A DNA stretch of 64,000 nt from contig CAZOVJ010000002.1 in NCBI GenBank assembly GCA_964583685.1, positions 213,862-277,861 of the forward strand, in the 5' to 3' direction. A program made the position numbers and the translations under genes. The stretch is from an uncultured Gammaproteobacteria bacterium. Its GTDB lineage: Bacteria; Patescibacteriota; Microgenomatia; UBA8517. Shown one piece after another: positions 26,444 through 35,121 of this stretch. Below the pieces are notes generated by a model. It was not told the DNA's origin, did no database searches, and worked only from the letters and a program-made list of their open reading frames with translations. The stretch's first letter is position 1. Every line of letters begins with the position of its first letter.

Positions 26444-27388
26444 TTAACCTCCTCCGAATCCTGGTAGCCTTAATATATTAACCCCAATTAGTTTTAGAAT
26501 AAAGACTGAGAAAATTAAGAGAATTAGGCCGGCAATGGCCGAGGTCAGAAGCTCTTGGCCGGCCTTTAATCTTTCCGGATTGCCGCTGCAGGTCATGATT
26601 TGGAAGCCGGCAAAAAGTATTAGAAGAAAGGCAATACCGCCGCCAATGCCAATTGCCCAGCGGAGAAAAAAGCCAATAAATTCATTAGTGTCTCCAATGG
26701 GAATGCAACCAATGGCAGTGTTGATACCCGTATCACCATCACAAAATATGTCAGCCTCTTCAGCTACACAAGAGCACGAACCCTCACTGCTACACTCTGC
26801 TGTAGAACCAGAAAGACAATTGTCAGAGTCAACTCCCCAATACCCTCTTCCTGCTCCAGAAAGAGGTTGCAGGGGATCTGCTGGCAAGACATAATATTTA
26901 CAGGTGCAGCTATTATCTGGTTCTACGATGCTGGTCTCTGGCGGTGATCCGCTACAACTGCACATGGTGCAATTGGAATAGCAGGTTACTAGGCCTGGGA
27001 TATCACAGTTGTTCACAGTAATACTACATACCCCAGAAGATCCAATAGAACACTCACAAGTGTTGGGAGAAGCAGGGGTTTCGGCCAGGCAAATAAAAGA
27101 CCCGGCAGTATCGCATTCCTCTTGAGATAGCCCGTGACACTGGGAGCCAGTTCTAAAGCCTTCATTGCAATTGGAAATTAGTGGTACACACCTTCCTCCG
27201 TCCTCAAGAGGTAGCCAGTAACATTGGTAGGTACCGGGGCCTTCTTGAGCAAAGATTTCTTTTGGAGCAAAAACTTGTATCAATAAAAAAAGGGCAGAAG
27301 CTAAAAACAACCTTTTCATAATTTTCAGTTTAGCACAAGGGAAAGAAGTGAGTATAGAGAACTTGCTATAATAAAAGACTGTGGGCAT
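26444..27388 (-). CDS. Cys-rich extracellular domain fused to C-terminal pilin-like module (candidate tip adhesin/minor pilin)
   Basis: Signal peptide, about 30 Cys in N-terminal 220 aa, C-terminus LILFAGFQIMTCSGNPERLKAGQELLTSAIAGLILLIF matches the pilin-paralog motif. Confidence 0.5.
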   Translation of the reverse strand: MPTVFYYSKFSILTSFPCAKLKIMKRLFLASALFLLIQVFAPKEIFAQEGPGTYQCYWLPLEDGGRCVPLISNCNEGFRTGSQCHGLSQEECDTAGSFICLAETPASPNTCECSIGSSGVCSITVNNCDIPGLVTCYSNCTMCSCSGSPPETSIVEPDNSCTCKYYVLPADPLQPLSGAGRGYWGVDSDNCLSGSTAECSSEGSCSCVAEEADIFCDGDTGINTAIGCIPIGDTNEFIGFFLRWAIGIGGGIAFLLILFAGFQIMTCSGNPERLKAGQELLTSAIAGLILLIFSVFILKLIGVNILRLPGFGGG

Positions 27389-29180
27389 TCAAAATTCTCC
27401 CTCAGAGAGGGATCCCGCTTTGCGGGAAAAATTCAAAACTCTCCCGCGGAACGGGATAATATTTATTTTGGGGGTGGTTGTTTTGGCTTCCTTGCTATTC
27501 ACTATTCACTGTTCACCGTCCATCGTTCACTGTCCACTGTTTAGTCTTGCCCGAGCCACCAATTGTCCTGAAACAGACTATGATTGTCAAATCACCGAGA
27601 TTCAAAGGGAAAAAGATGCCTTGACTCCGGCCCATGAATACAACAAAAAAGAACTGGCCGATTTAAATAAACAGCTGGCAGGTTTGAAAAAAAGAATTCT
27701 TCTAATTTCCGATCAATTGGTAAAGGTAGGAGCAGATATTTTTCAGAGAGAAGAAGACCTGGCTTATGCCCAAGAGATTTTTGAAGAAAAAACCAACAAT
27801 CATTATAAATTTATCAGGACTTATGACCCGATTTTTCCCTTTCTTTCTTCAACCAATGCCTCGCAAGCCTTCCGGGAGATAATCTTCCGTCAAAAGGCGG
27901 CCGGTGAAGACCGCAAAACAATGGAGAAATATGCCCAGGACATTCTTCAATTAAGAGAGGACAAAAAAGGCTTAGAAAAAAATCAGGCCAGTTTAGCATC
28001 AGTCCAAGGTAAAGTAGATGAAAGGGCGACTTTTCTCTCGGGCGAAGTAGAAAAAGTTGAGGTATATTTAGCCAGCCTGACTGCAAAACAGCAACAATTC
28101 ATTGCCCGGAAATTGGGAAGCCTTAATTTGCCAACGACTTTGGGTGCCGGGCCCTTATATTGTGTTGACGACAGGAACTTAGAGCCGGGATTTAGGCCGG
28201 CCTTTGCCTTTTTCACCTATGGTATTCCCCACCGGGTGGGTATGAATCAATATGGAGCCTATGGCCGAGCAAAATCAGGCCAGTCTTATCAAGACATTCT
28301 TCGTACATACTTTGAAAGCATCTCTTTTGAAAAACGGCCCAACATAAATATAAAAGTTGCAGGACATGGGACAATGCCTTTAGAAACCTATCTTTTGGGA
28401 ATCTATGAAATGCCTGATAGCTGGCCCATCGAGGCCCTCAAGGCCCAAGCAGTGGCGGCTCGCTCTTATGCTTTGGCTTATACCAACAATGGAGCCAACG
28501 AGATTTGCACTACCCAGAAGTGCCAGGTTTACAAAGGAGGCAATAAAGGAGGTAATTGGGAGGCGGCCGTTCACCAAACAGAGGGAGAGGTGGCTCTTCA
28601 CGCTGGCCAGATAATTACCGCCTGGTATGCCTCGACCTCGGGTGGCTATACCTTTAGTTCCTCTGATGTGGGTTGGAGTTATCGACCCTGGACTAAAAGA
28701 TTGAGAGATACGAATGGCGATGTGGCTAGTTTTTCCGACCTTCAACAGAAAGCCTATGATAAGGAATCTCCCTGTTTTTATGCGGCCCAGGGTTGGCGCA
28801 AGGAGTACGGGAAATCGGCTTGGTTGAAGTCAGAGGAAGTCGCCGATATTGTCAATGTCCTATTGTTGACCCAAACAGACCCCTCGACCCGCGAGCATTT
28901 ATACCAAACAGATAAACCAAATCCAGCCGGGACCGATACCTGGAGCGCTGAACGGGTCAAACAGGAGTTGAACAATCGGGACATTGCTTCTTATAACAGT
29001 GTTTCAAATGTTTCCAGTTCCGGTGTTGATTGGGGGACTGGCAGAACAACAGGCATAACCGTTAGTGGCGATGCCGGTACAAAAACACTCGACGGTTCTC
29101 AATTCAAGGACTTTCTCAATCTCAGGGCTCCGGCCAATATCCAGATAGTTGGTCCGCTTTACGGAGTCGAAAAAAAGTAA
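27381..29180 (+). CDS. SpoIID/LytB-domain protein with N-terminal anchor and coiled coil
   Basis: ...ALKAQAVAARSYALAYTNNGANEICTTQKCQVYKGG...: SpoIID/LytB signature. Confidence 0.7.
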   Translation: MGIQNSPSERDPALREKFKTLPRNGIIFILGVVVLASLLFTIHCSPSIVHCPLFSLARATNCPETDYDCQITEIQREKDALTPAHEYNKKELADLNKQLAGLKKRILLISDQLVKVGADIFQREEDLAYAQEIFEEKTNNHYKFIRTYDPIFPFLSSTNASQAFREIIFRQKAAGEDRKTMEKYAQDILQLREDKKGLEKNQASLASVQGKVDERATFLSGEVEKVEVYLASLTAKQQQFIARKLGSLNLPTTLGAGPLYCVDDRNLEPGFRPAFAFFTYGIPHRVGMNQYGAYGRAKSGQSYQDILRTYFESISFEKRPNINIKVAGHGTMPLETYLLGIYEMPDSWPIEALKAQAVAARSYALAYTNNGANEICTTQKCQVYKGGNKGGNWEAAVHQTEGEVALHAGQIITAWYASTSGGYTFSSSDVGWSYRPWTKRLRDTNGDVASFSDLQQKAYDKESPCFYAAQGWRKEYGKSAWLKSEEVADIVNVLLLTQTDPSTREHLYQTDKPNPAGTDTWSAERVKQELNNRDIASYNSVSNVSSSGVDWGTGRTTGITVSGDAGTKTLDGSQFKDFLNLRAPANIQIVGPLYGVEKK

Positions 29181-29227
29181 GCGCTTATAAGTAGAGAACT
29201 GGTCTCTAGGTTAATTTCGTGCTTGGG

Positions 29228-29236
29228 TGTTATAAT
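29228..29236 (+). promoter_or_regulatory. Extended -10 element TGTTATAAT 9 nt upstream of ATG 29246 (leaderless-type promoter)
   Basis: TGnTATAAT consensus match; predicted TSS at or adjacent to the start codon. Confidence 0.4.
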
Positions 29237-29245
29237 AAGAGCACT

Positions 29246-29905
29246 ATGCCGGATATTTTTGTAGCCAAAAAAGAGAAAAAAATTAAGAAAAAATCCGCAC
29301 CCAAGAAAAAGAAAACAAAAGCGGCCAAAAAAATTCCCAAGGCAGGGCAGCATCCCCTGGCGGCCTATGTCGAATTTCCTACTAAGGTAAGTTTCGAAAC
29401 CCAGAAAAAAGAAGAAAAAGTAGTTCTGCTTTTACGCCGCCATCCGATTACTAATTTGCCCTGGATAATAATTGCTCTCTTTATGCTTTTTGCACCCGGA
29501 TTGTTAAGTCTCTTTCCGGTTTTCAGTTTTTTGCCGGCAAGATTTCAGCTCATTGCTGTAATCGGTTGGTATCTGGGATGCACGGCCTTCATATTAGAGA
29601 ATTTTTTAATCTGGTTTTTTAATGTCAATATTATTACCGACGAAAGGATTATTGATATAGATTTTTACAACCTTATTTATAAAGAAGTTTCTGATGCCAA
29701 GATAGATAAGATTCAAGATGTTACCTACAAGATGGGCGGGGTTGTCAGAACTATTTTTAATTACGGAGATGTTTTAGTCCAGACCGCGGCAGAAGTGCCA
29801 AATTTTGATTTTTTGGCAGTTCCAAGACCCAACCGTGTGGCCAAAAGATTACAAGAATTGATAATTGAAGAAGAAAAGGAAAAATTGGAGGGAAGAGTTA
29901 GATGA
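29246..29905 (+). CDS. Bacterial PH-domain (bPH_2/YdbT-like) membrane protein
   Basis: Lys-rich N-term, two TM, then PH-like C-domain; ORF-track start 29219 is GTG inside the promoter, so ATG 29246 preferred. Confidence 0.45.
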   Translation: MPDIFVAKKEKKIKKKSAPKKKKTKAAKKIPKAGQHPLAAYVEFPTKVSFETQKKEEKVVLLLRRHPITNLPWIIIALFMLFAPGLLSLFPVFSFLPARFQLIAVIGWYLGCTAFILENFLIWFFNVNIITDERIIDIDFYNLIYKEVSDAKIDKIQDVTYKMGGVVRTIFNYGDVLVQTAAEVPNFDFLAVPRPNRVAKRLQELIIEEEKEKLEGRVR

Positions 29906-30129
29906 TTGATACCTTGCCTATATTAAATATTTCAATTTGGCAGATTGCCAAGATTTTTGTTCTTTTTTGTCTCGGACTTTATTTGGTTTTTGCCTATGTT
30001 ATTATTCGGCAGGTTCAACTGATGATTAACACTTTGGAAATGGGCTCTGAAGATTTAATTAAAACACTTGCCCTTACTCATTTCTTTTTTGCCCTGGGAG
30101 TATTTATTCTTGCTCTGATAATACTGTGA
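29902..30129 (+). CDS. Small two-TM membrane protein
   Basis: 75 aa, overlapping stop/start with flanking genes (operon). Confidence 0.3.
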   Translation: MIDTLPILNISIWQIAKIFVLFCLGLYLVFAYVIIRQVQLMINTLEMGSEDLIKTLALTHFFFALGVFILALIIL

Positions 30130-32024
30130 AGTTTATTCTTGCTTCAGCAAAATTAACCGGTAGTCCTGACTCTTCCGGATGGGCCCAGGTCCACGAATAT
30201 GAGCCGGAGGATAAGGAGAAATTGGCCCTCCGAGGAAAACTTTTTGCTGTTATTAGCATGAAGACAGATGTTGAAAAAGACCCAACATCTCAAGAGGGAG
30301 GGATGGATACTGTCATAGCTGGTCGGGAAATTCTGGCCCGGCTCCACGAGGAATATTTCGGTAATACAGAAGCCGGTCCTTTTAATGCTCTTAAGGAGGC
30401 AGTGAACAAGGTAGTCAGTCAATTTTCCGCTCCCAAAAGCAAAATAGGAATTGGAGCAGTTGTTTATTTGGAAGATGCACTTTATGTGGTTGTTGTCGGA
30501 GGGGTTCAGGCATGGCTTTTAAGGGGTGGAATGTTGGCCAAGATACTTGAAAGTAAGGGGGAAAAGGCTGTTTGCGCCTCTGGCTATCCTCAAGCTAAAG
30601 ATGTTTTCCTTTTAGGAACAAAGGTCTTTTTTGAGATACTCACAGAGGGAATTATTAAGGCTGCCCTAGAAGCCCCGACTCCGGCAGCAAGCATGGAAAT
30701 TCTCAGTCCAATTGTTCATTCTGAGGATAATTTGGGAGCCTTGGGTGCTGGGGTGATTAAGTTTGAGAAGTCAGATACAGGCCAAGTTTTAAGGTTGGCC
30801 CAAGAGAAACGGATGTCTTTCAAAAAGAGATATCCTTATTTTGTTAAAAACCTGAAGCGATTTATCAGGGTTTTACCGGAAAGAAAAATTTTTATCAAGC
30901 CTGATGCTCGGACTCTTGAGATGGAGCAAAAAAGAAAAACAGCGGTTTCTGTCGGGCTGATTTTACTTTTCCTTTTGGCAATAAGCATATTTTTGGGAGT
31001 AAGACAGAGAAGGATTAAGCAGGAGAAAGCTAGATACGAATCAAAACTGAGCCAGGCACAACATGAATTTACCGAGGCTCAGTCCTTGGTTTCTTTAAAT
31101 CCAGGCCGGGCGCGAGAGTTGTTAATTAGTGCCAGAGAAATTACCTTGGCTTTAAAAGAGGAAGGTATAAAAGATGCCAACTTGGATCTTCTCTTGAGGG
31201 ATATTGGCGCCAACATGGCCCAAATCACCGGAATTTACCAGGTCGAGCCGGATCTTTTTCTTGACCTTTCTATTTTAAGTAAAGGTTTGAAGGGAGACGA
31301 TTTGGTTTTGTCAAAAGAGAAGATGTTAATTTTAGACCAGGAAGGAGAAAGGCTAGTTGGTGTTCAGATAAACAACAAACGGACAGAGGTTCTTGCCGGG
31401 CCCGATCTTTTATCAAAACCCTTGTTTGCCTTGGTCTATTCGGATCGTAATTTCGTGGTTTCCGAGAAAGGGGTTTGGGAAGTGAACGAAGAAGCAAGGC
31501 TTTTACTCGAAGCCGATTGGCAAGGAGAGATTCTCCCCTATATTTATGGCGGAAATGTTTATGTCTTGGACAAGCAAAAATCTCTTATCTGGCGCTATCC
31601 CGGTCTTACTCAAGCAGCTGGTGGAGGCTTTGCCGCTAAACAAAATTGGCTTGGCCCGGGTGTCAAGCCTGATTTGAGTGACGTTCTCTCTTGGACAATA
31701 GATGGCTCTATTTGGATTTTAAACAGAGGTGGTAGGATTATGAAGTTTTCCCACGGCAAACAGGACTCCTTTTCTGTTTCTGGTTTGGGAACCTCTTTAA
31801 TTAGTGTTCTCGATATCTATACCAACGAGGAATTATCTGCTATCTATCTATTAGATCCGGAAAATTCTCGAATAGTTGTTTTTAGTAAGGATGGTCAATT
31901 TAGAGCCGAATATGTTAACGACAAGATTCATGAGGCAAAACAGCTGGTGGTTTCTGAGAAAGATAAAAAAATAATCATCTTAGAAGATTCAAAACTTTAC
32001 TCTATTAAAGTGGAACATTTGTAA
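30126..32024 (+). CDS. Hypothetical protein: degenerate PP2C-like N-domain, one TM, C-terminal beta-rich domain
   Basis: ALYVVVVGGVQAWLLRGG resembles PP2C core strand; central TM AVSVGLILLFLLAISIFLGV. Confidence 0.35.
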   Translation: MKFILASAKLTGSPDSSGWAQVHEYEPEDKEKLALRGKLFAVISMKTDVEKDPTSQEGGMDTVIAGREILARLHEEYFGNTEAGPFNALKEAVNKVVSQFSAPKSKIGIGAVVYLEDALYVVVVGGVQAWLLRGGMLAKILESKGEKAVCASGYPQAKDVFLLGTKVFFEILTEGIIKAALEAPTPAASMEILSPIVHSEDNLGALGAGVIKFEKSDTGQVLRLAQEKRMSFKKRYPYFVKNLKRFIRVLPERKIFIKPDARTLEMEQKRKTAVSVGLILLFLLAISIFLGVRQRRIKQEKARYESKLSQAQHEFTEAQSLVSLNPGRARELLISAREITLALKEEGIKDANLDLLLRDIGANMAQITGIYQVEPDLFLDLSILSKGLKGDDLVLSKEKMLILDQEGERLVGVQINNKRTEVLAGPDLLSKPLFALVYSDRNFVVSEKGVWEVNEEARLLLEADWQGEILPYIYGGNVYVLDKQKSLIWRYPGLTQAAGGGFAAKQNWLGPGVKPDLSDVLSWTIDGSIWILNRGGRIMKFSHGKQDSFSVSGLGTSLISVLDIYTNEELSAIYLLDPENSRIVVFSKDGQFRAEYVNDKIHEAKQLVVSEKDKKIIILEDSKLYSIKVEHL

Positions 32025-32038
32025 TAGAATAGTCGATT

Positions 32039-32470
32039 ATGCGAGTGATTAACAAAAGAGCAAGATTTAATTACCGGCTAATAGATGAACTTGAAACAGG
32101 AATAAGTCTTACAGGTAAAGAAGTGAAGGCAGTGAGAGCTGGCCTTGTTGACTTAACCAGTGCTCATGGAAAAATTTTGCGAGGAGAAGTTTATCTAGTG
32201 GGAGCGGTTATCAATGCTTCTCGGGCCCAAAACTACGACCCTTCGCGTAGTAGAAAACTACTTTTGCATAAAAAGGAGATTGTTTCCCTTCAGAACAAAA
32301 TGAAACAAAAAAAGTTGACTCTTGTGCCTACTGCAATGTATACTAGGGGACGTTTAATTAAGTTGAAGCTAGCTTTAGCTAAAATTAAGCGCAAATTCGA
32401 GAAAAAAGAGACAATTAAGAAACGAGATATAGAGAGAGAAATCGAAAAAGAATTAAGGGGACGTCAATAG
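32039..32470 (+). CDS. smpB: SsrA-binding protein SmpB
   Basis: MRVINKRARFNYRLIDELETGISLTGKEVKAVRAG...: canonical SmpB N-terminus. Confidence 0.9.
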   Translation: MRVINKRARFNYRLIDELETGISLTGKEVKAVRAGLVDLTSAHGKILRGEVYLVGAVINASRAQNYDPSRSRKLLLHKKEIVSLQNKMKQKKLTLVPTAMYTRGRLIKLKLALAKIKRKFEKKETIKKRDIEREIEKELRGRQ

Positions 32471-32816
32471 GTTTCGACGAAAAGCACCTTTAAAAGATTG
32501 CAAGCAGACTTTGGTCTAGAGTCTTAAAAAAAGGCCGAACAAAACAAGCGTCAACGAAAAAAGTTACGCTCCCCAATACGCAGTAGCTTAATTGGGGTGT
32601 TCACCGACTTGTTTCTCGACCGAGCCGGATGGGCATAAACCAGTCGAGATGTAAGATATAGCATGACTTAAGGCCATATCTTAAGATTTTTAAGTCTTAC
32701 TCTGAATTATCCGGCCAACTGGTAAAATTTAGAGGAAATACTAAAGTTGGCAAAGCTTGTAGAGATTTTTTAAAGAACTTATTCGGACGAGGGTTCGATT
32801 CCCTCCGTCTCCACCA
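32457..32816 (+). ncRNA. ssrA: tmRNA (SsrA)
   Basis: 5' GGGGACGUCAAUAGGUUUCGACG pairs with 3' ...GGUUCGAUUCCCUCCGUCUCCACCA (tRNA-like T-arm + acceptor, CCA encoded); internal tag frame ...VNEKSYAPQYAVA-stop; follows smpB. Confidence 0.8.
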
Positions 32817-32831
32817 AGAAAAATTATGCCA

Positions 32832-32855
32832 TCCCGCACATTAGTGCGGGTTTTT
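32832..32855 (+). terminator. Rho-independent terminator after ssrA
   Basis: CCCGCAC-atta-GTGCGGG followed by TTTTT. Confidence 0.6.
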
Positions 32856-32857
32856 GT

Positions 32858-33547
32858 GTGCACAATGAGTTTATGGGGTTCTTGGATTTTATTTTTCCAC
32901 GAACTTGTTTAGGCTGTGGTGCTTCTGGCAAATATCTTTGTAGTCAGTGTATCCAAAAAATCAAGAAAGCTCCGGAAATCTGTTCCTACTGTGGTAGTTA
33001 TTCATTTCGGGGTGCGACCCATCAATCTTGTAAAAGACCTTTGGGTTTGGATGGAGCTTTTTCTGCTTGGAATTATGAAGGAGTGATGAGAAAGGCAATT
33101 TTGGCTCTCAAATATAAATTTGCTTCGGAAATTGCCAAGGAGCTGGCAGCAATACTTGCAAATGAGCTCAGGAAAAGGCCGCTTCAATTGACTAAAGCGG
33201 TGCTTGTTCCTATTCCTCTACATAGACAAAGAAAACTTTGGCGAGGCTTTAATCAAACAGAGGAAATCGGAAAACTGGTTGCCGAGAAAATGGGCTGGAA
33301 GTTTGAGAAAAATCTTATCTTAAGACAGGTTGATACCCTACCTCAGGTTCAATTAAAGAAAGAGAAGCGCAAATCGAATGTCCGCGGCGCCTTTTCTCTA
33401 AACCCCACTCACCAATCACCGGTTCTTTTTGATGATGTTTGGACAACTGGTCCAACCCTTAAAGAAGCGGCCAAAGTTTTAAAAACCTGTTTTCGCAGGC
33501 TGGAAAAAGGAACTGGAAAGGTTTGGAGCCTGACTCTGACTCGTTAA
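32858..33547 (+). CDS. comFC: ComF-family protein (double zinc ribbon + phosphoribosyltransferase domain)
   Basis: CLGCG...CSQC / CSYCG...C zinc ribbons, PRTase motif VLFDDVWTTGPTL. Confidence 0.65.
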   Translation: MHNEFMGFLDFIFPRTCLGCGASGKYLCSQCIQKIKKAPEICSYCGSYSFRGATHQSCKRPLGLDGAFSAWNYEGVMRKAILALKYKFASEIAKELAAILANELRKRPLQLTKAVLVPIPLHRQRKLWRGFNQTEEIGKLVAEKMGWKFEKNLILRQVDTLPQVQLKKEKRKSNVRGAFSLNPTHQSPVLFDDVWTTGPTLKEAAKVLKTCFRRLEKGTGKVWSLTLTR

Positions 33548-33548
33548 A

Positions 33549-33640
33549 GGCGGTGAGGGTGGGATTCGAACCCACGGTCCCGATATAATCGGAACACTCG
33601 CTTTCCAGGCGAGCCCGTTCGACCACTCCGGCACCTCACC
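33549..33640 (-). tRNA. tRNA-Ser (anticodon GGA)
   Basis: rc = GGTGAGGTGCCGGAGTGGTCGAACGGGCTCGCCTGGAAAGCGAG + long variable arm + GGTTCGAATCC T-loop; loop CUGGAAA. Confidence 0.8.
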
Positions 33641-33656
33641 ACATTTCGACAAATTC

Positions 33657-34094
33657 TTAAAACGGTCGAGGCTTTTGTCTTTCTAATTTTTTTAAAACCT
33701 CTTTAGCCTGCCTGAGCATTAATTTGTCTCGCTTATTGGCCAATTTTCTTACAGCTTTGCCATATTCTAGCCAGGCACAGTCAGTATATCCAATAACTTC
33801 ACTACCACTTATTTGGACTACTAGATAATAAAGACATCTTTGTGGTACGACTTTGTTGTTAATTTTTACAACCCCACCCGACCGTCCCGCTTCTTCTAAA
33901 ACTTTTACTTCCATTGCTCCCTGTTCGCCCATTGTCCGTATTGCGGTCCGCGCCGTTGACTCTGTTTTTCTTGCTGCTGCTTTGGGAATTTCCCATTTGC
34001 TGTCTTGGTTTTGTTTTACGATGAACCAAACAGTTTTACCCCTGAGTTTTTTGAAAACTATTGGGGCTGATAGTAAGAGTTGTTGGTTTCTCAT
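33657..34094 (-). CDS. Hypothetical protein (start trimmed to MRNQQ... to avoid tRNA overlap)
   Basis: ORF-track version (to 34145) overlaps tRNA-Ser(UGA); internal Met at 34094 abuts the tRNA. Confidence 0.35.
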   Translation of the reverse strand: MRNQQLLLSAPIVFKKLRGKTVWFIVKQNQDSKWEIPKAAARKTESTARTAIRTMGEQGAMEVKVLEEAGRSGGVVKINNKVVPQRCLYYLVVQISGSEVIGYTDCAWLEYGKAVRKLANKRDKLMLRQAKEVLKKLERQKPRPF

Positions 34095-34104
34095 AAGATT
34101 AAAG

Positions 34105-34188
34105 CGGAGGGTACAGGATTCGAACCTGTGCGGGTTTTCACCCACTGGTTTTCAAGACCAGCGCCTTAGACCACTCGGCCAACCCTCC
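34105..34188 (-). tRNA. tRNA-Ser (anticodon UGA)
   Basis: rc = GGAGGGTTGGCCGAGTGGTCTAAGGCGCTGGTCTTGAAAACCAG + long variable arm + GGTTCGAATCC. Confidence 0.8.
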
Positions 34189-34220
34189 AAGGTTCTGGTT
34201 TTTCCACAATAATTATTTTG

Positions 34221-34308
34221 CGGTGGGGACAGGATTCGAACCTGCGCGAGGGGATTAACCCTCAATGGTTTAGCAAACCATCGCCTTAGACCACTCGGCC
34301 ACCCCACC
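34221..34308 (-). tRNA. tRNA-Ser (anticodon GCU)
   Basis: rc = GGTGGGGTGGCCGAGTGGTCTAAGGCGATGGTTTGCTAAACCAT + long variable arm + GGTTCGAATCC. Confidence 0.8.
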
Positions 34309-34377
34309 AAACAGACTCAATTATAACAGATTTTAGGTTTGGAATGAAGCTTAAAATAAAGTATAATAAAATCCAAG

Positions 34378-34893
34378 ATGGCTGCCAAAGAAGAGACATT
34401 ACCTGTTGCCATCAGAAAAGAGACGGAAAGAGTCTTAATTAGTTGGATGGCACCAGCGAGGCCCTTTAAAAGAAGAAGCCGGGATTTCTATATCACCATA
34501 GTGGCTATTGCCATAGTTTTCGGACTAGTCCTTTTTTTTGTTGAAGGCTGGCTTCCTGTTATTCTTGTTATTTCTCTGGTTTTCCTGGTTTATGTTATGT
34601 CAAGCGTTGAGCCAGAGAGCATAGAGTATAAGATAAGCAATCAGGGAATAAAGGTTGCCGGTAAAAGGACTGATTGGCGAGCGATGACCAGGTTTTGGTT
34701 TAGTAAACGGTTGGGAGTAGACCTTTTGGTGATTGAAACTTGGAAACTGCCGGGAAGGTTAGAGGTTGTTATCAATCCGGAGTTAAAAAAGGAAATTACC
34801 AAGGAGATTTCCAGGTTTTTGCCCCATGAAGAGGTGCCGCCTTCTTTCCTAGATAAAGCCAGTAATTGGTTGAGCAAGAAATTGCCTTCTTAA
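34378..34893 (+). CDS. Small membrane protein (two TM), unknown function
   Basis: 171 aa; TM pair FYITIVAIAIVFGLVLFFVEGWLPVILVISLVFLVYV. Confidence 0.45.
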   Translation: MAAKEETLPVAIRKETERVLISWMAPARPFKRRSRDFYITIVAIAIVFGLVLFFVEGWLPVILVISLVFLVYVMSSVEPESIEYKISNQGIKVAGKRTDWRAMTRFWFSKRLGVDLLVIETWKLPGRLEVVINPELKKEITKEISRFLPHEEVPPSFLDKASNWLSKKLPS

Positions 34894-34965
34894 GCCCTTG
34901 TAGCTTAACGGATAGAGCATTGGTTTGCGGAACCGAAGATACCAGTTCGATTCTGGTCAAGGGCA
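34894..34965 (+). tRNA. tRNA with anticodon GCG (Arg by anticodon; unusual isoacceptor)
   Basis: GCCCTTGTAGCTTAACGGATAGAGCATTGGTTTGCGGAACCGAAGATACCAGTTCGATTCTGGTCAAGGGCA; cloverleaf folds, anticodon loop UUGCGGA. Confidence 0.55.
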
Positions 34966-34969
34966 CATT

Positions 34970-35057
34970 GGTGGGGTGCCGGAGTGGCCAAACGGGATGG
35001 TTTCGAAAACCATAGGGAGTAATCCCTTCGCGAGTTCGAATCTCGCCCCCACCGCCA
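34970..35057 (+). tRNA. tRNA-Ser (anticodon CGA), CCA encoded
   Basis: GGTGGGGTGCCGGAGTGGCCAAACGGGATGGTTTCGAAAACCAT + long variable arm + GAGTTCGAATCTC...ACCGCCA. Confidence 0.8.
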
Positions 35058-35121
35058 CAAACAAGTCAATTTCTTCAGTTTTTCTTCGGGTATATCTGAT
35101 ATAATGGATTAGGCAGAAAAG

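Noticed and set aside
33657-34145. Full 162-aa ORF-track extent of hypothetical protein
   Set aside because: Its first 17 codons overlap tRNA-Ser(UGA); trimmed to the internal Met at 34094.
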